Assembly (NCBI GenBank): GCA_977030845.1
Contig: OZ365111.1
Coordinates: forward strand, 43,028,001 to 43,092,000
Reading direction: 5' to 3'
From: Fimbriosthenelais zetlandica
Taxonomy: Eukaryota
Length of the DNA stretch: 64,000 nucleotides
Part shown: piece by piece, positions 49,355 through 62,223 of the stretch
Layout: every line of letters begins with the position of its first letter
How positions within the stretch are numbered: position 1 is the first letter of the stretch
The notes under the pieces: generated by a model
Told to the model about the DNA's origin: nothing
The model's input: only the letters and a program-made list of their open reading frames with translations
The model's database searches: none
Made by a program: the position numbers and the translations under genes

Positions 49355-52300
49355 GTCAGGTCCATGGGTTAAAATCCCTTGATCTTCTTTTTTTTTGTGA
49401 AGGCATACAATAACATCAAAGCATCGTCTTTCGTGACTGTATACAGTTATGTAGTTCCAGTCCCATCACTAAATAAGCCAGTTGAAGGGACCAGAACATG
49501 GCCATATAGAACAAATGGAATCAGGCTGATCATTTTCAGTGGAAGGTCATGCAATACCACTCCCTGCCTTTCATCTGATCCCATACCCCTAATTTACCCA
49601 GCTTTCCTCTCTAATCGCTCCTGACCAGTCCATGAAAGGTTCATGGCCACAATGTTAATGGTTTAATCCCATGTGGCTTAACGGATTTAAATGTGGCAGG
49701 CTTGGAACCACATTGAAACATTCTCTTAGGTTTGAGTGAGAGAAACTGTGGAATGAATGATTGAACAACATTTATATGCTGGTGGTTCAATTATACCTAT
49801 TCTTCACACCTGGATAATTGCCCAGATCCTATTGGAATCATTAAATCTCCCCTATTTTAAGAGGGATCAATCTGGAATGGCTCAATAGGGGTCATTGTAT
49901 TGCCCTTGAATCTGATTTGATATGTTACAAAGTTTGGTACCATGCCTTGCAGTGAATGCAAATTATCTAAATAATTGAGCATTTATAAACCCCATGGATT
50001 ACTATTATTTAAAAGGAATCAATTCAAAATTGAATATGGACAGAGAATGAAAACTTCCCCCTTTCCATTTTCAGAGTATTTAAATTCTTGATCGATTTCA
50101 TTCAATATAAATTTAACCCGACTCATCGGACCCTTTGATAAATTGAACATTCCTTTGGAGATTCCATGGGAGTGCCCAGGCTTTGCGGTTTAGCATTATT
50201 AAATAATGATTCAGTTCTGGGGAGACCTAGTTGGGATGGCGACCCTGAAGGAGTAGGTCATTTCTTGGATTGATTTTTTAAGGATCGTATTCCATGATGA
50301 TAGAGGTCAGTGAATGACCGGCGGATCCTCTCACACTAGACTAGGTCTAGAGGAGGAGACTTTTTACTGGCAATGATTGTCTGGGTAGATTGATGGGTGG
50401 AGCTTACAGTTTCCTTCCTGTCCCGTTTCCTTCCTCCTATCCCCACCCCCTCCCCTCTCCGCCTATATGTACACCCCTCTCTCCCACACCCTCTCTCTCC
50501 CAACCCCTCCTCTCCCTCCCAGCCCCACAACTAACATTTCTATTTTAACTTAATTATTGTTTTATTATCCAGTTCCATTTTCAGCCTCTATTCGGTCTCT
50601 CAAAATCATTTCCTTGTCGTATGAAAACAGCCTCTTCTAGTTCTACTGGAACAATCAGTGGTTTGGGCCAACAAGTTCAGAGGGACAAATGGATGTTTGT
50701 GTCTGCAATTTATACCTTCAGATTAGCTAAATACTTCATTGATTTCAACTAAATGGTCCATCAATTTCCACCTATATTTTCCTTAAATTTGAGATTTAGA
50801 ACTTAGATATTTAGAACTTACATCGTCTTAATATGGATTGTGCAAATTTAAGAAGAATATCATGAGGGAAGAAGTTACATGAAATTCTGAATTATCATTG
50901 ACATTCAATCGGATGAGTTGTGTGCCACTTTTACTATATTGTGCTGTGTGCCAAGTGAGTGTTATAATGGCCGCCAGCAGAGCTCCATGCCCCGGGCTGT
51001 AGTGAGGTACCGACTGATAATTACCAATTAACACTTGTTAATTAGGATCATGGAGTTTAATTGAGCCGCGGTCTGATAGATCATCACTCATTACATCACA
51101 CTCTGACATGATTTATTACACAAGTGTCATATTCTCATAAAAAGTGAAACTTGATATTTTGAGATATATCTCAGTTCTGTTTTTGCTTTGAATGAGTGTG
51201 TCAGCTTAAATGAATACCCATCATATGCTGAGCTATGATTCCCTAATAAAGTGTGAGTTTTTGAGGGACTGACACTATTTTTTTTGCCCATGAAACTCAC
51301 TGAAACATTTAGGACCTTTTTTTGAGTTACCTGACTGGAATCCCTGCAGCTTGTTAGAGATGTACAATGCTGATCAGGCACAGACCTATGATGGAGAATG
51401 ATGGGAGGACGAGGGTCAACCCCAGCGTCTCAATCTCCAGCCTAACGCTACTGAAGCTGAAAGGGTGTGGTTGGGGGGGGGGGGGGGGGGGGGCGGTCAG
51501 TCACGCTTCATTGACCAGCTCACTGGAGGTTTTTCACGCTTTCCACTCACACGTGAAACACATACATGAACAAATCATGTTCAACAAATGCCCTCACTGC
51601 CCCCAGCTACCGTGCCCGGTCCAGTTTGAATTCTCTTTAAATTTACATTAGTAGTTTTCTTTTGTTAGCATATGATTAACGGTGTTCTAAAATGAAATAG
51701 TTTCCCAAAAAAATCAGTCGTGTATTTGACAAACTGAAAATCCCCCCCCCCCCCCCCCCCACCCATCCAATAATAATTATCAGAAACAAAACAATTTATA
51801 TCATGCAAACTATCACGAAAACTAGTACTGTACATGTATTTTAAACTAGACCTACTTTATACTCTTTGAACCTTTTCTTAAATGTACAGGGTTAACTTAT
51901 GTATATAGCCTATATTGGATCCGTTTAGCCTAATTGTTGTAAACTTAAAACCATTTTCTGCTTCAGAAAGCCAAGTTATAAGACTTCCAAGTCACTTTTA
52001 TTGTTCAACACCCACACTTAGTTCCACACCTTATGCCAGAATATAGCGGAACCATTATCCAAAGCCACTGACATGAAACCTTGAATGAAAAGACTGTGGT
52101 GTTTAACCATGTCACTTAAAATGACAAATAATTCAGGGATATTGTGTGGAATCGCCTTTAAAATTCACTTTCTTCTGCACAATTTAATGTTGGGTCATGG
52201 AAGACGGGGGTAAAATTATGAATGTTGCCATTTCAATGGTCAATTTAATGATAATTTGCTAGTCAAAGTATATAATTTGTTTTATTTAAAATTGCATATA

Positions 52301-54763
52301 AATTTCCTTTCACGGAAGTTTTCATTCTTAAAGCATTAGGCCTACATTTAAATTCGTTTCACTTGCTTCTTCCCAATTTAAAATGTCATAAAAGTACCCG
52401 GTAAATGAAAACTGGCTGCGTGCAGGCAGACAGGACCTCAAAATGCTGACAAAAATAGATTTCCAAGTAGGGCAGTAAATAATGTGCAGAATCCGAGAGT
52501 CTAAACGGATAAACACTGTTTTTATTTCCTGACTAAACTTCTTTCATGTAAGTCTAAAATCAGAGGTCGTCAAAGCAAACTCAATGCCTTTATGTCAATA
52601 TGTAAACCAGTGTTCTGTGAAGAAAAAATAATATTCACCATGAACAGACATTTCCCCTGTGCTGGTTTCTTATGTGTGAGGCTCCACGCAGCCCTGTAAA
52701 AAGTGTTTAAAAGTTCATGACTCTTAAAATGTTTGATTACCCTGGGCAAATATGGTGGGGTGAAAGCTTATAAAAAACTATAACATAGTGCCATGGGTGA
52801 GTGAACTTAAATCACACTGGAATTTAGTGGTTTGTATTTGACCTAAACGATATATCAGTTAGTTCAAGCTGGGCGATGAAAGTGTGGTTGCCTTTCTATG
52901 CATTTACTGAAAATTATGATGAATTCAATTGCCGAATTATATATCGTCATAAATTTTTATTTAAAAATTCTTAGTCTTTTCTTTAGAGATTAGTCTTCAT
53001 AACAGAGAAATCAAGTTTTAAATAATAAGATTTTATCAGAATCTCAATCAAATGAATAAATGTTTATAAGTATTTTTAGTATATAAAGGTTTAATTATCT
53101 TTACAGTTTAATGAATCGCGTGAATAATTTCCTAATAAATTGGATCCCTTTGGTTGTTATCATACATAACTTAAATTTGGATTGACTTAATTTCTTTTAA
53201 ATATATTACATGTGGTATCAAGAAGGAGAAGTGTGAAGGTGAGCGCTCTCCCGGCTAAGTGAGGCAGGGTGAATAAGGCGGGGTGCTACACGCCCATTTG
53301 TATTACATTTACCCCCACTAGTACCAACAATCCTCTCTGTGTGGACCCTAGCAGGGCTTAATGCAACCCACGAGGGGCGTGTCTGTGTTTATGTGTATGT
53401 GGGGGTTTGTATTAGTGAGTTTATGTGCCACGAAGTGTGTATTAGTATAATGTGTGAGTCACTGTGTATTTGTGTGTCCAGACATGAACAAATTGTTAGG
53501 TATGAAGATAGGAAAGGGGCACCGATGGGTCATTGGCTCTCTCTGTTATAGAAGTCTTTTGTTGGATCTGGTGTAGCGATAGGTGTGACATGCTTGTGTA
53601 TTGAGGACGATTTCGACGATACTTTTCCCTTGAGGGGATTAGCGATCATGATGAGGCCAAGTCAGAGAATTTGTAAATAATATATAGGCAAAGCCATGGA
53701 AATATGAGGGAATGAGCTAAAAGTCAGGGAAATTGACAATATATTGCCTAGGCAAATCCATGTGAATCAGGGAATTTGGAAATATATTGGCAAAGTTAGT
53801 TAAAAGTGGAATGAGAATGTGAAAACATAAACCCAAGTCATTTTGTGAAAAAAATACCGAGATGAAAAGCCCTGATACTTTGATATGTTATGCCTATCCC
53901 TTTGAAAATATTGGACAAAGTCAGGTAAAAGTCAGGCAATTAATATAAGTCAGCATGATGAATTCTGTGGTTAGTTGATGTCCATCTTGCTTAACTGTTG
54001 ACAGATAAACAAGTGTAGAATCCAGAATGATGACAAGCCGTGAGCGGGCTGACACACGAGCAGATTCACGAGGCTAAAAATAAGCCAGGAGCTGCTCTCA
54101 CAACCAACACGATCCAGCCTGATAGTTTAGATTAGAGAGAGTCGGGGTTGGCTTATGTTTGGGACAAGGATCGAACTGGGAGATCAACAAATATACTTCT
54201 CCTTTACATGATTCAACAAACTCCAGTTTACAAATAGAGCTTTTCACACTCTTACTTGAAAAATTGTTTGTAAATATTCCTTAATTTATCACAATTGCCA
54301 TTAGTAGTCATCTCTAAATAGTGAAAACTTTTATTACAATACTAGGTATACATACAGTTTTGATTAGAGAACACTCTAGTGAACAGTTTTGTTAGTCTCC
54401 AATCCAAAACAAATCACTATAATATTGAGGTTTGAATTGTGGATCTATGTGAATTGCATAAATTAAACTTTAAAGTCAATTCATTCAGGCTTTTTATTTG
54501 ATTGATTATCTCGGGTGTTTGTTGAAGGCTTTATGTAGGATGCCTGTTGCAGCAATGATTATCGTCAGTTCGTATTTGAAACCAGCCAAATGTCACATCG
54601 AGATAGAGTAATTCAATGTAAAACCTGCAGAGGTCATTGGTGAAGGATCCCCAGTGTATAGCCCAGCAGTAGATACTTGCTGATAAATATCATAACGTTT
54701 ACCTTATGTCATTATTTCTCCTAGAACAATATTTTATATGGGTCTGTGGCCCTCCCGTAGAGT

Positions 54764-54966
54764 ACAGTTATACCTCACTATTACGACCCCAGATGCAGAG
54801 GGTTCAGTCACATTATAAGGGTGGTCATTATTGTGAGGTTCTGTAAACGGTATAGTAACGGTTTGGTCATTGCGTAATTAATTATCATGTTTACTATGAA
54901 ATTGACTCCAGATTAGTGGGTCTCTGGTCATGTTAATGAAGTGGTCATTTTAATGTGGTTCACTTG
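54764..54966. mobile_element. Older copy of the CAGTG..GACC MITE family with TA TSD
   Basis: TA|CAGTTTATACCTCACTATTACGACC...GTGGTCATTTTAATGTGGTTCACTTG|TA. Confidence 0.5.
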
Positions 54967-57900
54967 TAGTTTAGATGAAACGGGACTTCCCATCTCATAA
55001 TCACTTACGTTGATTTTTATTATGCAATGGTCCTTACATTTATTTAGCCAACGGAACTTTTTAAAAAAAGATTTTCTATGTAACGAGAAATTTTTAGTAG
55101 CCTTAGCGGAGTGGTCGGGTTAGTGAGTTGGGCTTGAGGTGGGCAAGGTCTACTCGTATTTATAATGATAACACTGCTTTGTAAAATGGTGCTCGTGTAT
55201 CGGGCTGGAGGAGGGAGACCATCCTGGGTTAGTATAAATATGACCACTCCCACCAGATAGCTTACACCAGTGTCTATTATATTAGAAGCCACTGATCCGC
55301 AGGGCTATATAGATCCCCCTGACCCATAAGATATGGCCCAGAATAGGAAGCAATCTTATGGACGAGAGACTGAGGGTTTCCTTTTATTTTTCCCCAAGGA
55401 GTAGATCAAGGTTTGGTTATGACAGTTGAAAAATTGACAATTTTAGTTTAGATATACACTGGACTGGTCATCCAAAAATATCGAAACATGTTCTTATTAT
55501 TTCTATCTGACATTTATCTGAGTTTTAAGTAGATTATTCCCTACAACTTTCAGTGATTCTAATTGTTTCTCAGGGAATAATGCGACATAGTTTTAATACT
55601 GGAATGTATTATATAAGACAATATAAAATTTATTACAGAAAATAGAGAAAGTATATAAGACTTCAGTTAATGAGCTATTATAAGCATTTTGCTCTGTACT
55701 AAGTCTGGGCCAGGCTCAGACTCTGAGAGATTATAATAATATTTTGGAATCTGACTTGGCTCTTGATCCACACTTTCATGGGTCCCTTCATATGGTGATC
55801 TAATATTGTGCATACCAGACCTATTTATGCCGAGATCTCTTTTATGTTAAGAATTAGTTTAAAAACATTCAATGCCTGAAATGTTTTATAAAGGATTTTA
55901 GAATGTATTTATAGAAAAAGTAGTCTTTATAGAGTGAATACGTGGGAGTGTGGAAGACGGTACTATAGTCTGGTTTTAGACTGTATCTGACTGGCCTTTG
56001 AGTTCTCTATAATATCCAGGTGTTCCCTCCACCAAACATTGCATGTGTGTGTGGAGAAAATCAATATAACAACCGACAGAGAACTAGGGTTTGTAGCCTC
56101 TCGCTTCTACTAAAGGTAATAGGTCAGTTTCACATTTTTATGTCTGAATTATTAAGATATTTTAATTATTTCGTCAGGACTTAACTTTCAACTTAAATAT
56201 TTAAGTGCTGGTACCATAGTAGGCATGTATATAATTCATACGCTGAACATTGAACCAAATGGGAATCTGTATTAAATATGCCCCTACACTGTTTAAAATG
56301 CTAACCTATTCTGGCTATTTAGTGAGGTTAATTCATTATTAGTAACCAGGGGAAAGGAGTACAGGGGTCTATCACGATTTACAGTCCTGAGGGGGGGGGG
56401 GGGGGGGGGGGGGGATGCCATGAAAAATGGCTACTAACTCCACCAACCTTCTGGAGGTTAATTGCAGAAGAAATCTTGCTCTGTTCTCATTCAGAATTAA
56501 AATAATTGTTTCGTAGATTATTGGGGTCTAAAAAGGGATAAAAAGATTAAGAAAGAAAATACAAAGTGTACTGAGAATTGCCCCTTTCCCGTCTTGCCCC
56601 AGCATATTCCTTTTTCATAAATGATATAGTAGCCCACTATGAGAATCAATGGACTTGTTAGTGTCTTTTAATGTGTCCACCCATTGTCATTGTCTTATCT
56701 CTCTCTGTGCAGCAATCGATGTGTATGTCAATAGATCTCTATTCTAACCCCCCCCCCCCCCCCCCCCCGCCTCCATGGTCCTAAATGATGGGAATGGTGT
56801 AAGGGATACAATGGGGACATATATATCTTCATGAAGATGAATCCCTGCAGGGATTCATCTAGGGGAATGCGGGGATTGATCTAGGATTTTGTTGACAGGC
56901 CCATGGGCCCATCAGTTAGAGTATAAAATATGAGCCCTAACTAAAGTCATTGTTTTGCCCGTTTTAGAGGCATTCTGGGCCCATCATTTTGCACAAAATG
57001 GGCCCCAGTGTTAGTAATAGAGGAAATCAGTTTAGGGAAACAGAAGAATTGTCCTAGATGAATCTCTGTATACATATTTTAATTCACCCCTCGTATCAGA
57101 CTAACTTTGTCATTAATCTTGGGTTCTCCCCCCACCCCACCCCCAATCCCTGTGGTGCAGCAATCGATGATCGTGTCTGTATCTGTAGGCAGATTTAGAG
57201 AAGACGTCTGGTATAAGAAACCTGGGGGTACATCATATCATCTAGTTATGTTATACACTATCTTATTGTCTTATCATATCTATAATAACCACTACCGTGT
57301 ACACTTGTAATATCACTCAAAATCAGGCCAGGGCTTAACCTCTGATAAACTTATACTGGTTATCTTGTATTGTAATTTTGTAAAAAATCTTTATGAAGAT
57401 ATATATGTTAAAAATGGAAGCCATACAAACCACACTGTTCATTCCTCAAGTTATTTTTCGTGATTTTCAGCTGAGGCTTTAATATCAGAAAATTCTCTGA
57501 TCAATATATTATTAGAAAACTCTCTGTTAACAAAACCTTTCTGAGCGTATTCCAACTGGAAAAAATCTCAATTTCACTCACAAAAATAGTAAAAACGTAT
57601 GGTGTTGCCCTTGAGATGCCTGTCTGTGGTGAGGATGCTGAGGTTTTAGTGTCCAAAGGAAGAGGCTTCCCATCAGGTAATGATGACCATGATGATGATA
57701 TGTAGGAGTATGGATGGGTCAGGGTGGGGGGGGGGCAGTGGTGTGGGTGGACAGCTGTTGACAAGCTTCTCATAGCCTCCAGTCATTCACTTTACCCTCT
57801 AATTAACCCTTACTCTCCTTACTGTCTAATTAACACTTTCTCTACTTGGTCAGGTTTGGGTCATGGGCAGTCAAGGGTTAATAACCGCTCCGGGAATAAT

Positions 57901-58277
57901 ATAAATCCAATATAAATCAAATACCATTTTGGGCCTTCAGTTCAATGTACAAATATGGAAGTCTTTCTGGTATAATTTTTAATACATGTCTTGAAAAATC
58001 ATTCCAAATTTCAAGATTGCAAACTACACCAGTGTTTTGAAGTCCCAAGAGACAAAGTTAGAATATAAATCTGTGGAAATTGATTTCTTTTTCTAAAGAG
58101 CACCGCTTAAAAATACCCCCCCCCCCCCCCCGACCAACCTTCCTCGCAGATCTTCTTGGGTATGGAATATTTCCAGTATCAATCAAAGAGAACGGGAGAG
58201 AGAGAAGAGAATCCGGCGAGGGTTTATCAAATACCGAGCTTGGTGAGAGAAATATTGATCATTCTCCCGTGTGAGGG

Positions 58278-58291
58278 GTTTCTATGGTAAC
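58278..58291. promoter_or_regulatory. RFX X-box motif
   Basis: GTTTCTATGGTAAC fits GTYNCYATRGNAAC; a near match ATTACTATGGCAAC is at 59184-59197. Confidence 0.4.
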
Positions 58292-61051
58292 GGATGTCCT
58301 TCCGCTGACCTTCCCCCTGTTTTTGACACATTGCACCTCACCGTCAAGTTTGTCATACTGCCCCCCCCCCCCCTCCACCCCCCCACCCCCACCGACACAA
58401 TTTCTCATCTTTGACTTTCTAAACTTTTAATTTGGAATATCTTGGATATAGAAAGTTATGATCGAGGGTTCAATTATACTGTATGGAAGGGATTATGTTT
58501 CAAGTCATGTAATTTTAATGACAATATGAAATACTCTTTGAAACTGTCAAGGTTGCCTTTCTTACATAGCCTATAAAAAAAATAAAACCAGCGGAATATT
58601 ATATTTTAAAACCCATCTTTTATATATTTTTAATGCCCATCTAATATATTACCACAACTGTGTGGTTACAACTCCCACCCCTTCCACCCAAAAAACTTGT
58701 ATAATTAAATATAAGTTTATAAAATATGTACAGGGTGAGATACATGTATAAGATAGAGCCAATGAGCTGAAATGTCCTATCGGCTGCCTCAGGGCCTCAG
58801 GTGGAAACCGTGTTAGAATGATGAGAAGTACAGTTTACAAGATGGTATACTAGTGTTTGTAGAAGTAAAAATACAGTATAGAGATCAGATTACCACATTA
58901 TGGGTCGTGTAGGGTGGGATAAAGACAACATTAACATGTTCACATTAAAGATCTATAAAGGATTATGGGATATATTTTATTACCATAAATTCCTCTGTAC
59001 CCCAATCTCCAGTTCTCAGTAACTTCTAAATTATTTTTTTTGTTTAAGAAAAATAAAAATTGGAGCCCATTTCACAATAGATAGGAGCGTTGATAAGTTA
59101 TAATATGGGCCCCAGAATTGATACCATTTCCATGTATAGGGCCAGTGAGGTGAAGCTTATACTAACTTGATCTATATATTCACATTACTATGGCAACCAT
59201 TGCGGTAAATGCCAGGTCCGGCGTCCGGCGCCTCCTCAGACCAGAAATATTTAACCAATTTCAAGCTTGGTATATTTCCCCGTTCCACATGTCACGGTTC
59301 TCACTGTCTGTAATCGATCTCTGTTTAACTTGGCCTTTAACATTCAACTTCCATGTATGTTACCATTCTACACGACTGTTAGGTCCAAACATATAGTTAG
59401 TTAGTCGGAGGATTTGTTAGAAACATGTATGTATAAGTCTTTTTATCAGTTTGAAAGTCTTACTCTTAGATCTGATATTAGAAAATTTGTCCAATCCTTA
59501 ATAATATTAAATATGACCAAAATAATTTTGAAGGTCTAAGTTTCGAACTTTTGTATGTGTATGTATAAAATATAAGTCGTAAGATGAAAGGTCAATGAAA
59601 AATTATCTTTGACACTTTCAGATTTTTTTTGATAATAGTATGCATCCATATTTAGATATGCGCAGCAATAATGCATTTTAACAGGGTTTCTTTTAATATC
59701 TGAGATATCGATTCATTATATATTTTCTACGACGGAATTCTAGCTTATTTTTGTTCAAAATCAATGCATTACGAAGCATGACTATTGTTTATTTGCTGTG
59801 GGTATAATCCATATTGGTTTTGGGTGAAAAAATGGGTGTTTGGAGAGGCAGAGTGTAAGCAGTATTGACAATAGGGACTTTGAATCAGGCTCACTTTGCC
59901 CTGAAAACCCATGTCAGCCTTTGTATTGGAAATCTGCACCTGGTGCACCGGCTCCATGGTACTGTTTTCATACCAGGGGCGTAGGGTATAATTGCAACCC
60001 CCATCTGAACCCTCCACCCCACCAACCCCACAACCACCCCCTCCAACCAACTGAAGAGAAGAAGTGAATCCCTGGAACCCCATCCTTCCCTTCAGCAGCT
60101 GTTCAAAACAAATCTGACAATGAATAGCTGCAAAATAATCACAAATACGTGTCAATCCCGCGAGATAAGACACGTACACTTCTTCCCTTTATTTGGAGCA
60201 AAGTCCCAGCATAGTCCCTTCCCTCCATAGTCCAACTAAGGAAATTTGGTCAATAAAAACCCCGTAGAAATCGGATCTATTTGACAAGATATTCAAGGAA
60301 AGTGGTGTATATGGACTAGAAATGAGAGTACAAAGTCCCCTGAAGCTCTTTTCTATAGTTTATTGCTAACAAAATTTTTAGCCAATAAAGCTGCGGGTGG
60401 CAGGGGGGAATATTGGTGCACCACTCGAGTCTAGTCACGTCTGCCATAGCAGATAATTAGCTAATCATTTCTCTGCCAAATAGGTCTTTGATGTGGGCTG
60501 TAATTTTCATTAAATTATACCCTTCTGACTGTTATATAAAAGATCATTTATCAAGGCATCAAAGATGCATGGAAAATATAATTTTCGTAAATGATTTTCA
60601 TTTGTTTCTGAATGAAAGTTGAAGTGTTAGGTTATCGGTTTGTAAAACTGTAAGTTCACATGGGAAAAACTAAATTGACTTCCTCAATTCTAGTGTAGGA
60701 TCCATTACAGCATTGTCAGGCAGGAGGCAGTTCTTGGCTTCTGCCTTGAAAAGTTAATTAAAGTGAGAAGCCATTTTACTCTCTCCATGAGGGATCCAGT
60801 TTAAAAGTTTGAAAAAGATAACAAATCATCAGCTTTAGCAGATATATAGTCCTAAAAGTTGGATGCTGTGTAATTATTGTCTGCCAGGGGAATTAGTTTA
60901 TTGCCCTATAAGTAGAGGAATTCCATTTTAATTAAAGTCTAGACCATTAAAACAATAAATAATATATTAATATAACCTTCAAAGTGTCCATCTGGAAAAT
61001 TTGAGATAAACTTTTTAAACTGAACCTCTGTTTTTGGTTAGATAGGGCTTA

Positions 61052-61365
61052 TAGTAGTATAGGACGATGGGGGTTAGTAGTATAGGAAGATGGGGGTTAG
61101 TAGTATAGGAAGATGGGAGTTAGTAGTATAGGAAGATGGGAGTTAAACGATACACTACTAACTCCCATTTTCCTATTCTACTAACTCCCATCTTCCTAAA
61201 CATAGATAGTACTAGTATTTAATAAATAGTAGTATAGGAAGTTGGGGGTTAGTAGTATAGGAAGATGGGAGTTAGTAGTATAGGAAGATGATTGAGTTAG
61301 GAGGATAGGAAAATGGGGTTTAGCAGTATAGTAAGATGGGGGTTAGTAGTATAGGAACATGGGGG
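61052..61365. repeat. 23-bp minisatellite (TTAGTAGTATAGGAAGATGGGRG) with an internal inverted block
   Basis: About four forward units (61052-61144), about two inverted (61154-61198) and about six forward (61227-61365). Confidence 0.9.
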
Positions 61366-61417
61366 ATTGCATGAGGCTCACCTTAACCTACTGGGTTCTG
61401 CAGGTTCTAGTACGTAC

Positions 61418-61490
61418 CTGAATCCATGAATAATGCATTAAGGGAGGGTAGAAGATGGTGAGATCGGCCAGTTCGTGCTAGATCTTCAAT
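61418..61490 (-). CDS. Candidate isolated exon (IEDLARTGRSHHLLPSLNALFMDS)
   Basis: Acceptor tattccttatacaccag, donor CAG|gtacgt, open only in phase 0-1. Parent gene unknown. Confidence 0.2.
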
Positions 61491-62151
61491 CTGGTGTATA
61501 AGGAATAGGCCTACTGGACAGTATTCCTTAAGCCCACTTGTAGAGATACCGCCATATCTGGAGCAATTTTATTTTTAAAAATGACCCTCCGAGGCCTTAT
61601 TCTTCGGGAAAATACATTGAAAAAAACATGACTATAAGTATAACCTTAGTTTTATCAGTTTTACCATTTTTATTCAATTCCTCGAACGTACATTTCGAAA
61701 ATATCATGAATTTGCGCTCACTTTACTTCACTGGTGTTGATAACAGATCTCGTATACACCCCCCCCCCCCCCCCTCAGATTAGGGAATACCTTCATACAT
61801 AGACATAAATCATTATGTCTCTGCTTCATATCATGGCAAACACGTTTTCTCAGCCCCAAAGCCTTCACTATACAGATCTTTGCTCTACTGTACATGTATC
61901 CACCTATGTTATTTTTCAACATTATTGGGTCTGACAGGACATTTTTTACTATGATATTTCCATTTTTTCTCAATCCCTCAGTAACCCCCCGCCCCTGTTG
62001 ATTTCCTTCCTCTCTCCATTGTTACCCCTACACCCCCGACCCCCGACCCCCTTATGGGTCTCCAACCTAGCCCCCTGTATGTGGGCCCCTACTGTGTCTA
62101 TTTGACGTGAGTGACTGACGGTTTGTCCACTATGTGTCGCTGTTCTTTTAG

Positions 62152-62223
62152 GAGGAAGTGAAACGGAAGTTAACCATCACGGGGACGATATGTCCCTCAG
62201 CACTATGTCAGAAACTGGCACAG
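62152..62223 (+). CDS. Candidate 72-nt exon (GSETEVNHHGDDMSLSTMSETGT in phase 1)
   Basis: Pyrimidine-rich acceptor (gctgttcttttag), donor CAG|gtaagt, frame-preserving, open in two frames. Parent gene unknown. Confidence 0.4.

Noticed and set aside
55095-55160. tRNA or SINE head (A-box TAGCGGAGTGG)
   Set aside because: The B-box is degenerate and there is no cloverleaf; at most an old SINE fragment.
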